This document shows, in pieces, positions 35,726-48,059 of a stretch of DNA of 64,000 nucleotides. Both the position numbers and the translations under genes were made by a program. The first letter of the stretch is position 1. Each line of letters starts with the position of its first letter. Below the pieces are notes generated by a model that worked only from the letters and a program-made list of their open reading frames with translations, was not told where the DNA came from and ran no database searches. The DNA is from Felis catus (lineage: Eukaryota), in the NCBI RefSeq assembly GCF_018350175.1, contig NC_058368.1, forward strand, positions 93,622,001-93,686,000, in the 5' to 3' direction.

Positions 35726-38341
35726 TAATTCTGGAAACTTTTTAATGCAATTTACATAATTAATCCACAGAGGTTTTGATCCATATTCATTTAAACCATT
35801 AACCCATAAATTTTGAACAGCTTAAGGGGGGAGGGGGTGCATTGGTAGGAAGATAACCAAATATGAAAAACACCGTTCTAAACCATTCTACCCGTTTTTC
35901 TAGTCATTTGTACCCCACCCTACCCACCCCCCTTGGCCCATACATTCTAGCTTCCCACTTATCGAACATACCAAGATCTCTCCCGGTTCCTCAAGTTAAA
36001 ATTCTGTGGGTTTGGTTGGTTTTTTGTTGTTGTTGTTTGTTTGTTTTTTTAAAGCCGCCTCTCTCCTTCCCCTCTACCTCTGGTCAGGCTTCAAATCCTC
36101 TGATTTCTTCTCAGATCCCTGTCCTTTCTCATCCTTACAGCCAATTCCCCTGCCCACCCTGAGTCTCTGCTACCGGTGCCTAGATTACAGAAACAGCCTA
36201 TCAATTAGGTATTTGCAGATGACTTTCCATTCAGGTCTCTCTGTCCTTATTGCTCCATTTGCCACAGGGACAGTGTAAAGCTGTGGTCCTAGACCCCGAG
36301 AAGCGTAGTGTAGGACCATAACAGGAGGGGTATATGTGCATGCGAGTGGATTTAAATGTTTGTGTGTTGGGGGACAAGGGTTACAGGAGGGGTGATAAAT
36401 TTGCAATAATACAAAAGGAGTCTAGTATATCTGAATGTCGTGCGTCTTTTCTGCAGACTTTGGGAAGCTTTTGAAGGCTTTTAAGTGGGAAGGACACGAG
36501 TGATCTGTATTGTTTTGTTTTTTAAATCATTATTCTCCCGATTTGCATTGCACATACCGTCCTGTGGGGACCTACCCCTTCCTAGTTTGGAGTATCCTAG
36601 CACCTCCTTTTCCAGTACTTTATCTTTTAAATTAATTAATTTTTTAGAGAGAACACAAGTGGAGGAGAGGCAGAGAGAGAAGGATTGAGATAGAATCCCA
36701 AGCAGCTCCACTCAGCACAGAGCCCAATGCGGGGCTTGAACTCTCGAACCCTGAGATCATGACCTGAGCCAAAACCAAGAGTCAGGCTCTCAATGACTGA
36801 GCCACGCAGGCACCTCTCCAATACTTTCTTTCAAAATATAGCTCAGGGGCGCCTGGTGACTCAGTTGGTTAAGCAACCAACTCTTGGCTTTGGCTCAGGT
36901 CGTGATCTCACAGTTGGTGGGACTGAGCCCCGCATTGGGCTCTGTACTGACAGCGCAGAGCCTGCTTGCGATTCTCTGTCTCCCTCTCTCTGCCCCTCCT
37001 CCCACTCTCTCTCTCTCAAAATAAATAAACACCAAAAAAATTAAAATAAAATACAGGTCAAAGTTCAACACAAGGAAGCCTACTCCATACCTATTACCGC
37101 CTCCACCAAGTTCACAGACCTTCAGCACTCTTGCATACATTATCTCATCCGGTGTTGCTTAATGGCTCTTCTATCACAGAGGCATGAGCTGTCTTGCATC
37201 TATATATTTCATCAAGCCCAAAAGGTCAGGGAAGGATGTTGTCAATTTTCCCCTAGTTCAGCTACCAGCAGTTGCCACTCCCCAAACACACACACACACA
37301 CACACACCACCACCACCATTCAGGTTTGGTAAAGGAGAGGCTCAGTAAGTGTTCATTACCTGACATTTAAAATGTAAACCTGTTACCTTTTAGGCTATCC
37401 ACTACACTTGACCTGGTTGGTCTCTTTCCATACCGACTCCTAATACCCAACAGGAGATTAAGTTCCTGGCACAGTCAGGTCCTAATGACCATGGTGCATA
37501 TTTCAGTCAGTGCCGTGCAACACCACTGGCTCTTAATCTGTTTGGTCTGAGATCAAACAGCCAGGGTGCCATTCCATTAACACGTGCTGAACAAGAAGTC
37601 GCAACTAGGCGATACGGCCACCTCCTCCTCCACCTTGCCCCTTACTGGGGACTCCTAGTCAATGGACAACCTGGGTACAAAATGAAGAGTCCCTAGGAAC
37701 AAGACAGCAATGACGTAAATCACAGGGCTTCCCAGGAGATTGGCACATGCACTATCTACGCCAGTGGGCATCAAGAGTTTACAGGCAAAGGACAATGAAT
37801 GGCAGTTATCAATCATTGACCCAAGCCTGTGACAGGCTAAGCTTACCTGTCAGAAAGTGTTTCTATGGGAACAACCTCAGGGGAGAGGAGCCAGGGAGGC
37901 CGGAAGTTCAGATGTCCATTGCCCAGCCAACTCCTCCTCATCTTTCAAGCTGCAGATCTACAGCCTTCTCCCTCCTTGGTCTCGTTTTCATTGATCAGCT
38001 CCTGACTCTGAACTCCTTTGGCACTTACAGTCTTTCCGCTCAGTTTAACACGATTACATACTCTCATTTCGTACATGAGTGTTTGATGTCTTGTAAACCT
38101 TATCTTCCCTCCCTTTTAAGCTTTTGTCTGTTTGAGAGAAAATCCAATAGACACTTCCCTACTAAACAGCACCAGCCAGTAATCTGAAATTTGATGAGAA
38201 AAACACAGCATCTCTCTGGCAGACATTTTTCCATTAATGGCAGGAGTGAACTGGCTGGTCACCCTTGGCCAACTTGAGGTGAACAACAATATTTAGACAT
38301 TGTTAGCAGGTCCCCTTGGACTACACGTTATTCCTACACTT

Positions 38342-38756
38342 GGGGTTGCTAGGTTTAGCAAAAACACAGGGCACCCAGGTAAGTTTGAATTTCAGACACA
38401 TAATTAATTTTTTTTAGTGTAAGTATGCTCCATAAACAGCAAGGGACCTACTTCTATTAAAACAATCATTTGTTGGAGCACCTGGGTGGCTCAGTGGGTT
38501 AAGCATCTGACTTTGGCTCAGATCATGATCTCACAGTTTGTGGGTTCGAGCCACATGTCGGGCTCTGTGCTGACAGCTGGGAGCCTGGAGCCTGATTCGG
38601 ATTCTGTGTCTCCCTCTCTCTCTGCCCCTCCCCCAGTTGTGTACTCTATCTCTCAAAAATAAACGTTTAAAAATTTTTTTAAACCAATTATTTGTTGTTT
38701 ATCGGCAACTCAAATGTGATTCTATATCCTGTATTTTACCTGGCTGGCAACTCCCC
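38342..38756. mobile_element. MER53-like hAT MITE interrupted by a SINE (about 38475-38672)
   Basis: Imperfect terminal inverted repeats ggggttgctag ... ctggcaactcc; internal tttgaatttcaga. Confidence 0.7.
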
Positions 38757-41353
38757 ATCTCCACTTGTTAGTAATCACAGTTTGGATAAAGGTGTCTCAA
38801 AACCAAACTCTGCTGTCATGGCAGCTAGAGGTAATAACTTTCACTTAACGGCCTACTGTGTGCCAAGAACAGTATTAGGAACTTTCTGTAAAATACTCAT
38901 TTAATCCTGGCAATAACACTGTGAATAGGTATGATTCCCTTCAGACAGGACAGAGCTCTCCACCTTCAACCAGAGATTAAGTAATACCCTCAAGGTCACA
39001 TGACCAGATACCAAAGAACCTTGAGATTCAAACTGGAGTCTCCCTCCAGCATCCCTATTGCACTGCCCACAGATAAATATACATGTAATTCATAGTTGCA
39101 CAAAAAAATACGATTTAAGCATTATATGACTAAGTAGTTTAAGATCCTTTTTTTTCAAATTATGTATTGAACAAAGTAAAAAAAAACACAGAGGAAAATT
39201 ATATTTGTGAAATTGGCTACTTTGCAAATATATTGCTAAAGTCTGAATTTTCTGTTTGCCTTTCCTATACCCCCCACAACGCACACATTTCACCCTATCC
39301 CAGGATATAAAAAAATATTTTAAAGAATACTTTGCAGTGGACCCAACCTTAGCATTATCACCCAGTTTAGATTTTGGTTGTGTGAGCAAGTACCTATTGA
39401 GCCTTCTGAAACAGATCATTTGGTGGTATTTTTGTTTTGGTCCCTGGAGAGGTTTTAAGACTTTCCATTAGTCTAGATTTGAGGATTTTCTAAACCTAAT
39501 TCTTTCTGAATACAAGTATCTTGTTTCACGGTAAATTTTGTGCTTATGAAAGTTCTTGTAGTTTTTACGCTTCAGAGATGTTCAAAATTAAAAGTAATAA
39601 TTCACCAGATAATGGAATCATCGCCTGTTTCTCTATCAAAGTTAAATAGTAAGCTTTCCAAAGCTGCTTTTATTCTGCTCAAACTATTATACTCCTTGGA
39701 GGTGTCTGAACAGGAACTATTGAACTATGGGAAAAACCAGTAGCATTTTCTAGGGGCGCCTGGATGGCTCAGTTGGTTAAGCGTCCAACTTTGGCTGAGG
39801 TCATGATCTCAAGGTTCCTGAGTTCGAACCCCACGCCCACGTCAGGCTCTGTGCTGACAGCTCAGAGACTGGAGCCTGATTCGGATTCTGTTCTCCCTCT
39901 CTCTCTCTGCCCCTCCCCTGCTCATGCTCTGCCTCTCTCAAATCCCAAAAATGAATAAACTTTAAAAAAACAAAAACCAAATAGTACTTTCTGACTATTT
40001 ATACGCAAATATAAATGTGTTAAATTGTCTAAATATAAAGAGGTACCCTAAATATAAATTCTTCCATTTGTATGGACAATTCTTCCACTGTCATTAAATC
40101 TTCATTATATGGTTCCAGAGTGTGTGATGGTGTGAAGGGAAAAGGTGAATGAGGATGATAAAAAAAAAAATAATAAGCCAAACCCTTCTAGAGCCCAAAA
40201 GTTTTGAAAATACTGCTTTGAGTAATCCTGGACGTGGACCACAGATTTGGAAAGGTCTATTTTAGTCCAAAGGGATGAGATACAAAAGAGACAAAAACAA
40301 ACAAACAAAAGCCCAAAAAGCATCTCCCAGAAGTGGCACAAATGTCTCTGAGAGCGAAATATAAGGCGGTCCATGTACGTTGATTTTTAAGCCTCCTGAG
40401 AATTATCACAGGCATCAACTATACTTCCAGGTCATGGTTTGCTGAGCAGAAAGACCACAATGGTAGAGAATCCTGTGCCCATTAAATATTAAAGTCATCA
40501 TCACAAGAGAGTGAAATAAGCTGATCAAAATAGGTTGATCAAGTTTGTGATGCAGGTTTTAGGTTACCCTCAGATGAATGTGGCCGCACCGCCACCCCCC
40601 CCCCCCCCCCCCACACACATTCAGAGAACACACAATAAGCTAATTTAATTGGAAAGAGACACACAAGACGCTGCAGCTCCCAGGAGGAGGGGGGCAGGGT
40701 TTTGGAGGTGGGAGTGAAGTGCCATTTTTTTTACTCTGTAAAACTTTGTGTAAAGTCTGTTACACGCGAACAAGCACGTATTAATGTCTTAAAGCTGTAA
40801 AGCCATCAGAGAAAAGCAAAAGCAATTAGGATGACGGTCAAGCTGTTGGTCTCAACTTTGAAGGAAAGGAAGGGAAGGGAAGGGAAGCGTGGTGGGGAGG
40901 GCAGTGGAGGAGAGTGATGGGGAGGGGAGGGAAGGGGGCAGGAAGATAATGGGCCTCTGCTCTCCTTTAACTCGGGAGACTTGGTGTCATTAGCGCCATT
41001 TCATAGTATCCTTTACACTATAAGTCTGAACTCCAAAGTGGGGTCTAACTTCCCAAAGGAAAAGAAAGCAAGTGAATCTCAACGGTCTGCTATTCATTGG
41101 CTCATGCTCGCAGAGGTATTCAGTGTCCCGATCCTGTGTAATCACACACCTAAGTGGGGGCGGGAAGTACGAGGAGAGTGGGCAGAGAATAAGCTTGAGG
41201 GGAAATGGGTAGGAGGCTGCTCCTAATCCCCCATCCCCACCCCATCAAAAAAAAAAAAAAAAAAAAAAAAGGCCCAGGGCGGAACTGTCCTGAGTTCTTA
41301 CAGCAAGAGCCTGCTTCCCAACCTCAGAGATTTTCAGAGAGACACCCACGCCT

Positions 41354-41416
41354 CTAACCTTGGAAGTCGGTGGAGAACGCTGCTCGTGTGCTTGCTGCAG
41401 GTGCTTGGCGGGAAGC
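41354..41416 (-). other. TRIM36: Candidate alternative terminal exon of a short TRIM36 transcript (coding part)
   Basis: Acceptor ccctctacaccag|GCT. A shifted frame reads LQQAHEQ...TSK...ISEVGKQAL, similar to the human short-isoform tail as recalled. Confidence 0.5.
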
Positions 41417-43456
41417 CTGGTGTAGAGGGTCGGCCTAGCGAGCGAGTGAGTGGCTACTGAGCGATGCAGACCCCGTGGATGAAGCCAGGTTCTTCTGCTC
41501 TCCCCGTTTCATTTCAGAAAGAACAGGGTGAACACGTGGCTCACTCTGAGCGGTTTGGTTTTGGTTTTATTGTAAGCGTTAAGGGTTCACTAATAGTGCT
41601 GCCTTAGTTGCCCATTTGGTGTTTATGGGAAGTTCATCCGTCTGCTTCATAATCACCTGGGGTGTCGACACGCAGATCCCTGGGGCCCGCCCCAGAGCTA
41701 TTCTCTCAGAACTGCAAGTTTGGGCCTGTACTGAAGGAAAGTATTAGCCAATGAATACAATTCTGATTCCCTCTGAAGAACTCACCTCTCAATCACCCCA
41801 CTCCTCCCCATCAAGAGCGGTCCATTTATTTTGCAATCAGCAAAAGGCATCCTGTTTCCTCCGCACCCCCAGCCCCCAGAGATCATGGACAGCCTGGATC
41901 CTGCGGTGCGCTTAAGAAAGCCAGGTTCTGACCCCCTGGCTGCAAGTCTCCTCCTTCCAAGCGACGCTTCCTTCTTTCTGGCCCTCTCCTTTCCTCCCAG
42001 GGTGGGCCCTCCAAAGGGTGGAGCGGGCTGTGGTACGCACCCTAGGCCCAGCGGGTGGCCAAGGTTGAAGCTTCTTGGGCGACAGAAGCTTGGATGTGGT
42101 GGCCCGGGTGTTCCCACGCACGCGCCGGAGGCCCCTTCCAGGTGCAGGCTAGAGCTCAGGGTAGAAAGAAAAGTGGAAAGCGGGTCCTCCACGTGTACTT
42201 CTGGGCCCCGGGTGTCAACGGTGGGGGGCGGGGGGCGGCCCGAAGCACAGCTTCTATCTTGGAGATGTTAACCAGCATTCTATTTCAGATGAGTGTATTC
42301 CGTGTTTGCAGAACGGGAGAGAGAATCCCGGGAGGCGCGCGGTTCCCGGGGGACGCTTTCATCTGGGAGTGCGGGGACCCGCGCCGGCGGGGAGCCTTGG
42401 GACTGCCTGCCCTGAAAGCTAAAACCTGGCGCAGTTGGGGCTGGTGAGGTGTGAGCCCGAAGTTTCAGATGCTCACAGCAGGGCTGCGGGATCATCCTCC
42501 TTTCTGAAGACTGCGCGCAGGAAGTCCTTTTTTCCCTCATGCCAGCACCTATCGAAACTCCAGGTGCAGAGGGCAAAGGCAGGCGCCGTTTCTTGCTCTC
42601 TCCTGCTGTGACTCCCGGCTGAGCGCGCCTGGCTCAGCTTTGCATTTCCCGACACCGCCGCCCGACAAAGCACTCAGGTGCCTCCCTGGGCAGTTTCTCG
42701 GCTGCAGCGCGGAGGCCAGCCTGCCGCCAAGCTTTCTGCCTAGGCTGGGCGCCACCGGGGCCGGCCGAGGGCGTGGTCGCGAGGCAACACCGACGGCGCC
42801 AGCCCGGGTTTCGAACGGGCTCCCGGACAGGTGCCTGCCTGAAATCCGGCTCCTTGGCATCCCCCTCAGCCTCCCCTGCAAAAGCAGACTGCTTGAAATG
42901 TTCTCGGCCTCGGACAGCGGCTACGGACCTGGAAAGAGGGCTGACAACGCCAAGGGCCTGCGAACTGGGGTTCTGCCTTTTACCCGCCTCACGGTCGCAC
43001 TGCGCGCTGAACCCGATCCCGCCTCCTGACTGTTCACCCGCTGGTCCGACCCTCCGCTCCGCTCCGCGCTGCGCGCCTGGACGCTCGAGGTCACCTACTC
43101 GAAGTCACCACGACTGGGCAGTCCTGGGGGCGTCGAGGAGCGCCCCCGAAGGCCAACGCCCCGCCCTCCTTTCCATCTCCCGGAGCTGAGCTCGCGCCCC
43201 TCGCCGTCCCAGGAGCCCCCGCCGTCGCCCAGCTGGCCAAGTCCCCTTGGCTCATTTCAGAGATGCGGCGCGATAAAGAAAAGGCGGCTACTTTGCATTC
43301 TGCAGCTGCTGGGACGCCCTGGCTGGGAGCGCGGACCCGGGGTTCCGGCCCCCGCCCTCCGCGGGCGCTGGAAGGGACCGGGACGCCCACAGTGACAGGC
43401 CAGGTAGTGGCCGGGATGGGGGCCCAGGCCGCGACACCGCGCGCCCCAGCACTTAC

Positions 43457-43519
43457 CTTGCCTCTGGCTAGCAATTCCATGATGTAGCCAAACTCACTTA
43501 TCTCCCCCGACTCGGTCAT
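43457..43519 (-). CDS. TRIM36: TRIM36 first coding exon 1a
   Basis: accATG, 21 codons MTESGEISEFGYIMELLARGK, phase-0 donor AAG|gtaagt, inside a CpG island. Confidence 0.95.
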
Positions 43520-44033
43520 GGTTACGACCCTTCACAAACTCTGGAGGACCCGGACGGGTGCATCGAATTTGTTCTCCCCCCACCCTCTCTTTTTAGTCTG
43601 AGTTTTGCCAAGCGCCGCTCCAGGATGCGGTTAACGAGGCAAAGCCAGCAAGCTCGGGGAAAAGCCCAAAGCGGGGTTGGGCGGGCTCGAGGCCCGAGAG
43701 GGATCCGGGCGGCCGCGTCCTGGGCTCTGGGTGCAGCGGCAGGGGCAGGGCGGAGTATCTGAACAAACCAGGGCGGCGGCGGCGGCAGTGAAATGCACAC
43801 CAGGCGGAGCCCCGCGCCGAGGCCCCGCCTCCTCGGGGGTCGCGGCCCGCGCGCCTCCAGCCCGGGGTCGAGCGGCTGCGGAGACAAACAGCGACACAAA
43901 AGCGGGTCCGCTCCCGGCGTGGCGCGGTCCCAGCCCAACGACACCCCCCCCCCCTCCGCCCCCGGGATGGTGAGAGCGGTGCCTCCTCGGATGCCGGGGA
44001 AGGTGGCCTTCCGGAGCTCCCGGCGCGAGGACT

Positions 44034-44060
44034 GGGGGGGGGGGGGGGGGGGGGGGGGGG
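44034..44060. repeat. G27 homopolymer
   Basis: Read directly. Confidence 0.9.
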
Positions 44061-47000
44061 AACCATCACACTGTCTGGAGGTGCGAGGGCAGAGAGGATG
44101 AATGCAGAGGAGGCAACAACAAAGGATCAGGCTGCCAGCGCCGGAAAAAAAAAAAAAAATTAGTGAGAGCCCAGAAAATGGCAACGCCGCATCTCAAGTC
44201 AGCCTTCCTGAAACCCAATAGGTAACAAAGACCAAGCCCAGCGCTTCCGAGATGAGAACAAATACAAGGATTGTATTTTAAACACTCTAAGTGTGCAAGG
44301 GCGATTGTATCTCTATATCCTCCTGATACTCGACTTTCCCATAAAAAAAAAAAAAGCATCATTTCTGCCAGCACTGCATGAACACCCTTAGTTACGACTC
44401 ACTCACTTTTCCAACAATTCGTTTCATTACCCGAGTTAAGCATTCAGCGCATGTTTCTCACATTTTATACTTCTTTTTAAAATAGCAGCTCCCCCAGGAA
44501 GCGGGGGCTGAAATGGCCTCCCGGTCTCCTCCCTGCTTCATTCATACCTGACAATCTTTGCTTCCCTTGGAAAGAATACTTGGCTTAACAAGTCTGCCCT
44601 GGTCTATTACTCCCCTGTGGGCTGTCTCTTATCTTCCTCGGAAAGGAGGAAAGCGATAAGGGCTTGAGTTTTCCCCCAAAAACAAAATCAGCCAGCGATA
44701 ATTGGATTAGACACAAATACAAGATTTACTACAGGAGTGAAGCCACTTTCCTTAAGCAGGTTGGCATCATGCTGAGCTTGGGCTCAGCACCAGTGGGCAG
44801 GGTGGTGTATGGAAAGGACCCATTTTGCAGGCACAGGGCAGCTTTCGAGGCTCCATAATACACAGGGGGGGGGTTCCTCTTGGGTTCTTCTGTTGTTGGT
44901 CATGTTCTGACTTCTCTCCTCTGGCCCAGAGAGCTGTGTTTCTTCCCCCACCCACCCCCCACCCCGGTCCCTACACACCTCTCCTTAAAGCTTCAATAAT
45001 GTTGCTCCTTAACTGTTCTAATCATAACTTTCCTACTTCTTCAATGTGTTACATTCCTCTATGAGCTGATGCTGATACTTGATTGGAGCAAAGCAGCAAA
45101 AGATAAGGCACTAGGTGTTTGGAGCTGAGTAGGAGGTCAGACACAATCATAATACTTCTTGCTTGGAAGCTTCTTGTCCTCAAGTTCTGGAGAACCTCCT
45201 GTGTTCTCTTTGCTTCTATAATAAAACTAGCAGGATTCTTTAAAAAATTTTTTTAATGTTTATTTTTATTTTTGAGAAAGAGAGAGAGAGCACAAACAGG
45301 GAAGGGCAGAGACAGAGGGAGACACAGGATCCAAAGCAGGCTCCAGGCTCTGAGCTGTCAGCACAGAGCCTAATGCAGGTCTCGAACCCATGAACCGTGA
45401 GATCATGACCTGAGCCAAAGTTGGATGCTTAATGGACTGAGCCACCCAGGTGCCCCAAAATACTAGCAGAATTCTAATACCTCCATAGCATTTATGAACA
45501 GATTCTTCCCTAACATTAGCAATAGCCAACAGATTACCAGAAAGAGGCACTGCTCTAAAAGTGAGTTTTTCATGCCCCAGAATGGAATCTGGCACATAAT
45601 AAAAACCACAGTGTTAGAGCTGAACTAGTCTTCGGTCTGCATGAAAAGCAAGAGGGAGGAAAGTTGAGACAAAGGGGCATACAAGCCAAATGTTTCCTCT
45701 TAAAAAGTTTTCCCCCAAACCCCATCCAATGACTTCCACTTACATATCCCCTGTGAGAACTGGGTCATACGTCCACCCCTAGCTTCAAGGAAGGCTGGGA
45801 AGGTGATTATTTTACTCTGGGAGCATTGCCACTGTAAACAAAATCAAGGACTTGCTAGTAAGGAAGAAGAAGAAACAGATATTGGATAGGAAATTGTTAG
45901 TTTCTGTTATCCCCTGGGTAAGTCCATTCAATTTTCTGAGTTTCAGCTTTCCCTTCTGTAAAATGACCAGTTTGGAACTAAACAGTCTCTAACCCTCCCT
46001 GATCTTAACGTTAAGATCTCTGATCTAAGGATCCCTTTGCCACCTGGCAGCACCAGCACTTTTCCCTGAAAAAAAAAGTTGCTGTTAGCAAAGGTCTGTC
46101 CACCTGACCGCAGAAACACCCCAGGCAAAATATCGTTCTCAGTTGCCTGGATTCCTACCCAAGACCAAGATAGTGGTGGAGGCAAGGGTCTTAGAATCAG
46201 TTGCTCAGCGACAAGGAGAAGAAGTGCCCGTGAGAGTCCAGATCAGTGTTCAGAAATTACAACCTGGGGTAGATCCTGGAGTTTACGCAGACGCCTGGTG
46301 GTATTTACCACTCTTTGTGGTTGGCAGTGTGTGAGGCACTATGGAGCATTCAAAACCTTTCAAAGTGGGGCACCTGGCTAGCTCGGTTGGTAGAGCATGT
46401 GACTCTTAATCTCAGTGTCGTGAGTTTGAGCCCCATGTTGGGTGTGGAGCGAAGACCTTTCAAAGATGACAGGCATACAAAATAAAGACCACAAAAATCT
46501 CTCCTGAAATTCTAAGCATGAACCTCAAAGACACAGGGACAGACAGTCAACAGGTACCAAAGTGTGGTTTATCATTGCTTTTCTAAGAACAAATGAAGAT
46601 TAATATGATAAACACTGATATCAATTAAACTTCATTCCCCAAAGGAACCAAAATTAAGAAGAAGATTAACTGGGGCGCTTGGGTGGCTCAGCCTATTAAA
46701 GTGAACGACTCTTGATCTCAGGTCATGACCTCAGGGTTCACGAGTTCAAGCCCCACATCCAGTTCTACGCTGGCTGTTGGCTCAGAGCCCACTTGGGATT
46801 CTGTCTCTCCTTCTCTCTGCCCCTCCCTCACTTGTGCACCCACACACTGCACTTTCGCTCGCAAAATAAATAAATTAATTTTAAAAAAAGTGAATTCACA
46901 TTTCTTAAATATCACGAAATTAAGATGACAGATGCCGCTTCACAGGGAGCTTTCCTACCTAAGAGAAAGGTATTTAACAGTGGGATTATGTAATGTGTGA

Positions 47001-47786
47001 ATTTTTCACACAGAGAGGACTAGCGATGTTAAATGGGTCACTTGCTGTGGGAAACCCTCTAATTGCCAACCTCCATCTAACAGAGAAGGACTTCAATGCA
47101 ACTGCTCCAATACCGTGCCAATTACTGAAGTAAGCATAACGCATATGCAGTCTTGACTTCATTTTCACCCCTAACACCCTACTTTCTCCATCTGAGGGTA
47201 AACAACATGATACATTAAGAGTTTTAACAAATACTGACAGAAAACGTATTTCAAGTTTTTCTTAAACTGTGGACACAAATAGGTGTGGAGGTTTAGAAGG
47301 TTGAAATCTATGATGATGAATACGTAGCAGTTTAAGAGTTAGAGGCTGGACTAAGAAATCTAAAAAGATCTCGGTTTTGGTAAACCCTTGGTTTTTATTT
47401 CAAAAGTACAAGCAGAAAAATGTGGCTTTCTGACAAAAATGCATCCTAGCACCTGTAGCCAGAAAGGTCATTTTAAAAACCCAAATCTTTTTTTTTTTTT
47501 TTAATTTTTTAATGTTTTGTTTTTTTTTTTTTTTGAGAGAGCAAGAGAGACAGAGAGTGAGCAAGGGAGAGGCAGAGAGCAAGGGAGACACAGAATCTGA
47601 AGCAGGCTCCAGGCTCTGAGCTGTCAGCACAGAGCCTGATGTGGGGCTTGAACTCACAAGACGTGAGATCATGACCCAAGCTGAAGTTGGATGCTTAACT
47701 GGCTGAGCCACCCGGGTGCCCTGAAATTGTTTTTTTTAAACAGGTTTGTTGAAGTATGATTTACATTCTGTAAAATCCACCAATGT

Positions 47787-47814
47787 TGAACCGACTGAGC
47801 CACCCGGGCGCCCC
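47787..47814 (-). mobile_element. Tailless 28-nt SINE/tRNA head insertion
   Basis: GGGGCGCCCGGGTGGCTCAGTCGGTTCA between perfect 18-bp direct repeats. Confidence 0.85.
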
Positions 47815-48059
47815 TGTAAAATCCACCAATGTAAGTGTCCACTGTAAGTGGACAGTTTTTTAAATTAAATTATAGAATTATGCAAGCATCCCATAATCCA
47901 GGTTGTTGTTTTTTTTTTTTGACAATTATTTATTCATTTATTTTGAGAGAGAGAGAGAGAGATGAAGCGCTTGATCCCATGAACCATGAGATCAAGACCT
48001 GAGCCAAAATCAAAAGTCGGATGCTTAACTGACTGAGCCATCCGGGCACCCCCCACAAT

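Larger units (their letters stand above)
938..43519 (-). other. TRIM36: TRIM36 gene span, start to stop codon of the long isoform; E3 ubiquitin ligase, class C-I TRIM, 728 aa
   Basis: Exon lengths 63+235+326+147+96+254+125+291+298+352 = 2187 nt = 728 codons plus stop. All introns are GT-AG with matching phases. Translation MTESGEISEFGYIMELLARGKVTIKNIERELICPACK...AKYLEYQEDM is recognisable as TRIM36. Confidence 0.97.
42000..44200. promoter_or_regulatory. CpG island / distal promoter for exon 1a
   Basis: CpG-dense GC-rich block around exon 1a, free of SINEs. Confidence 0.88.

Noticed and set aside
41782..44184. ORFs of 100-220 aa across the distal CpG island
   Set aside because: Same compositional artefact. 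The part of ORF 43091-43519 past the donor at 43456 is intron read-through.
44783..44802. RE1/REST-like TCAGCACC half-site
   Set aside because: Right half is poorly matched and the spacing is non-canonical.
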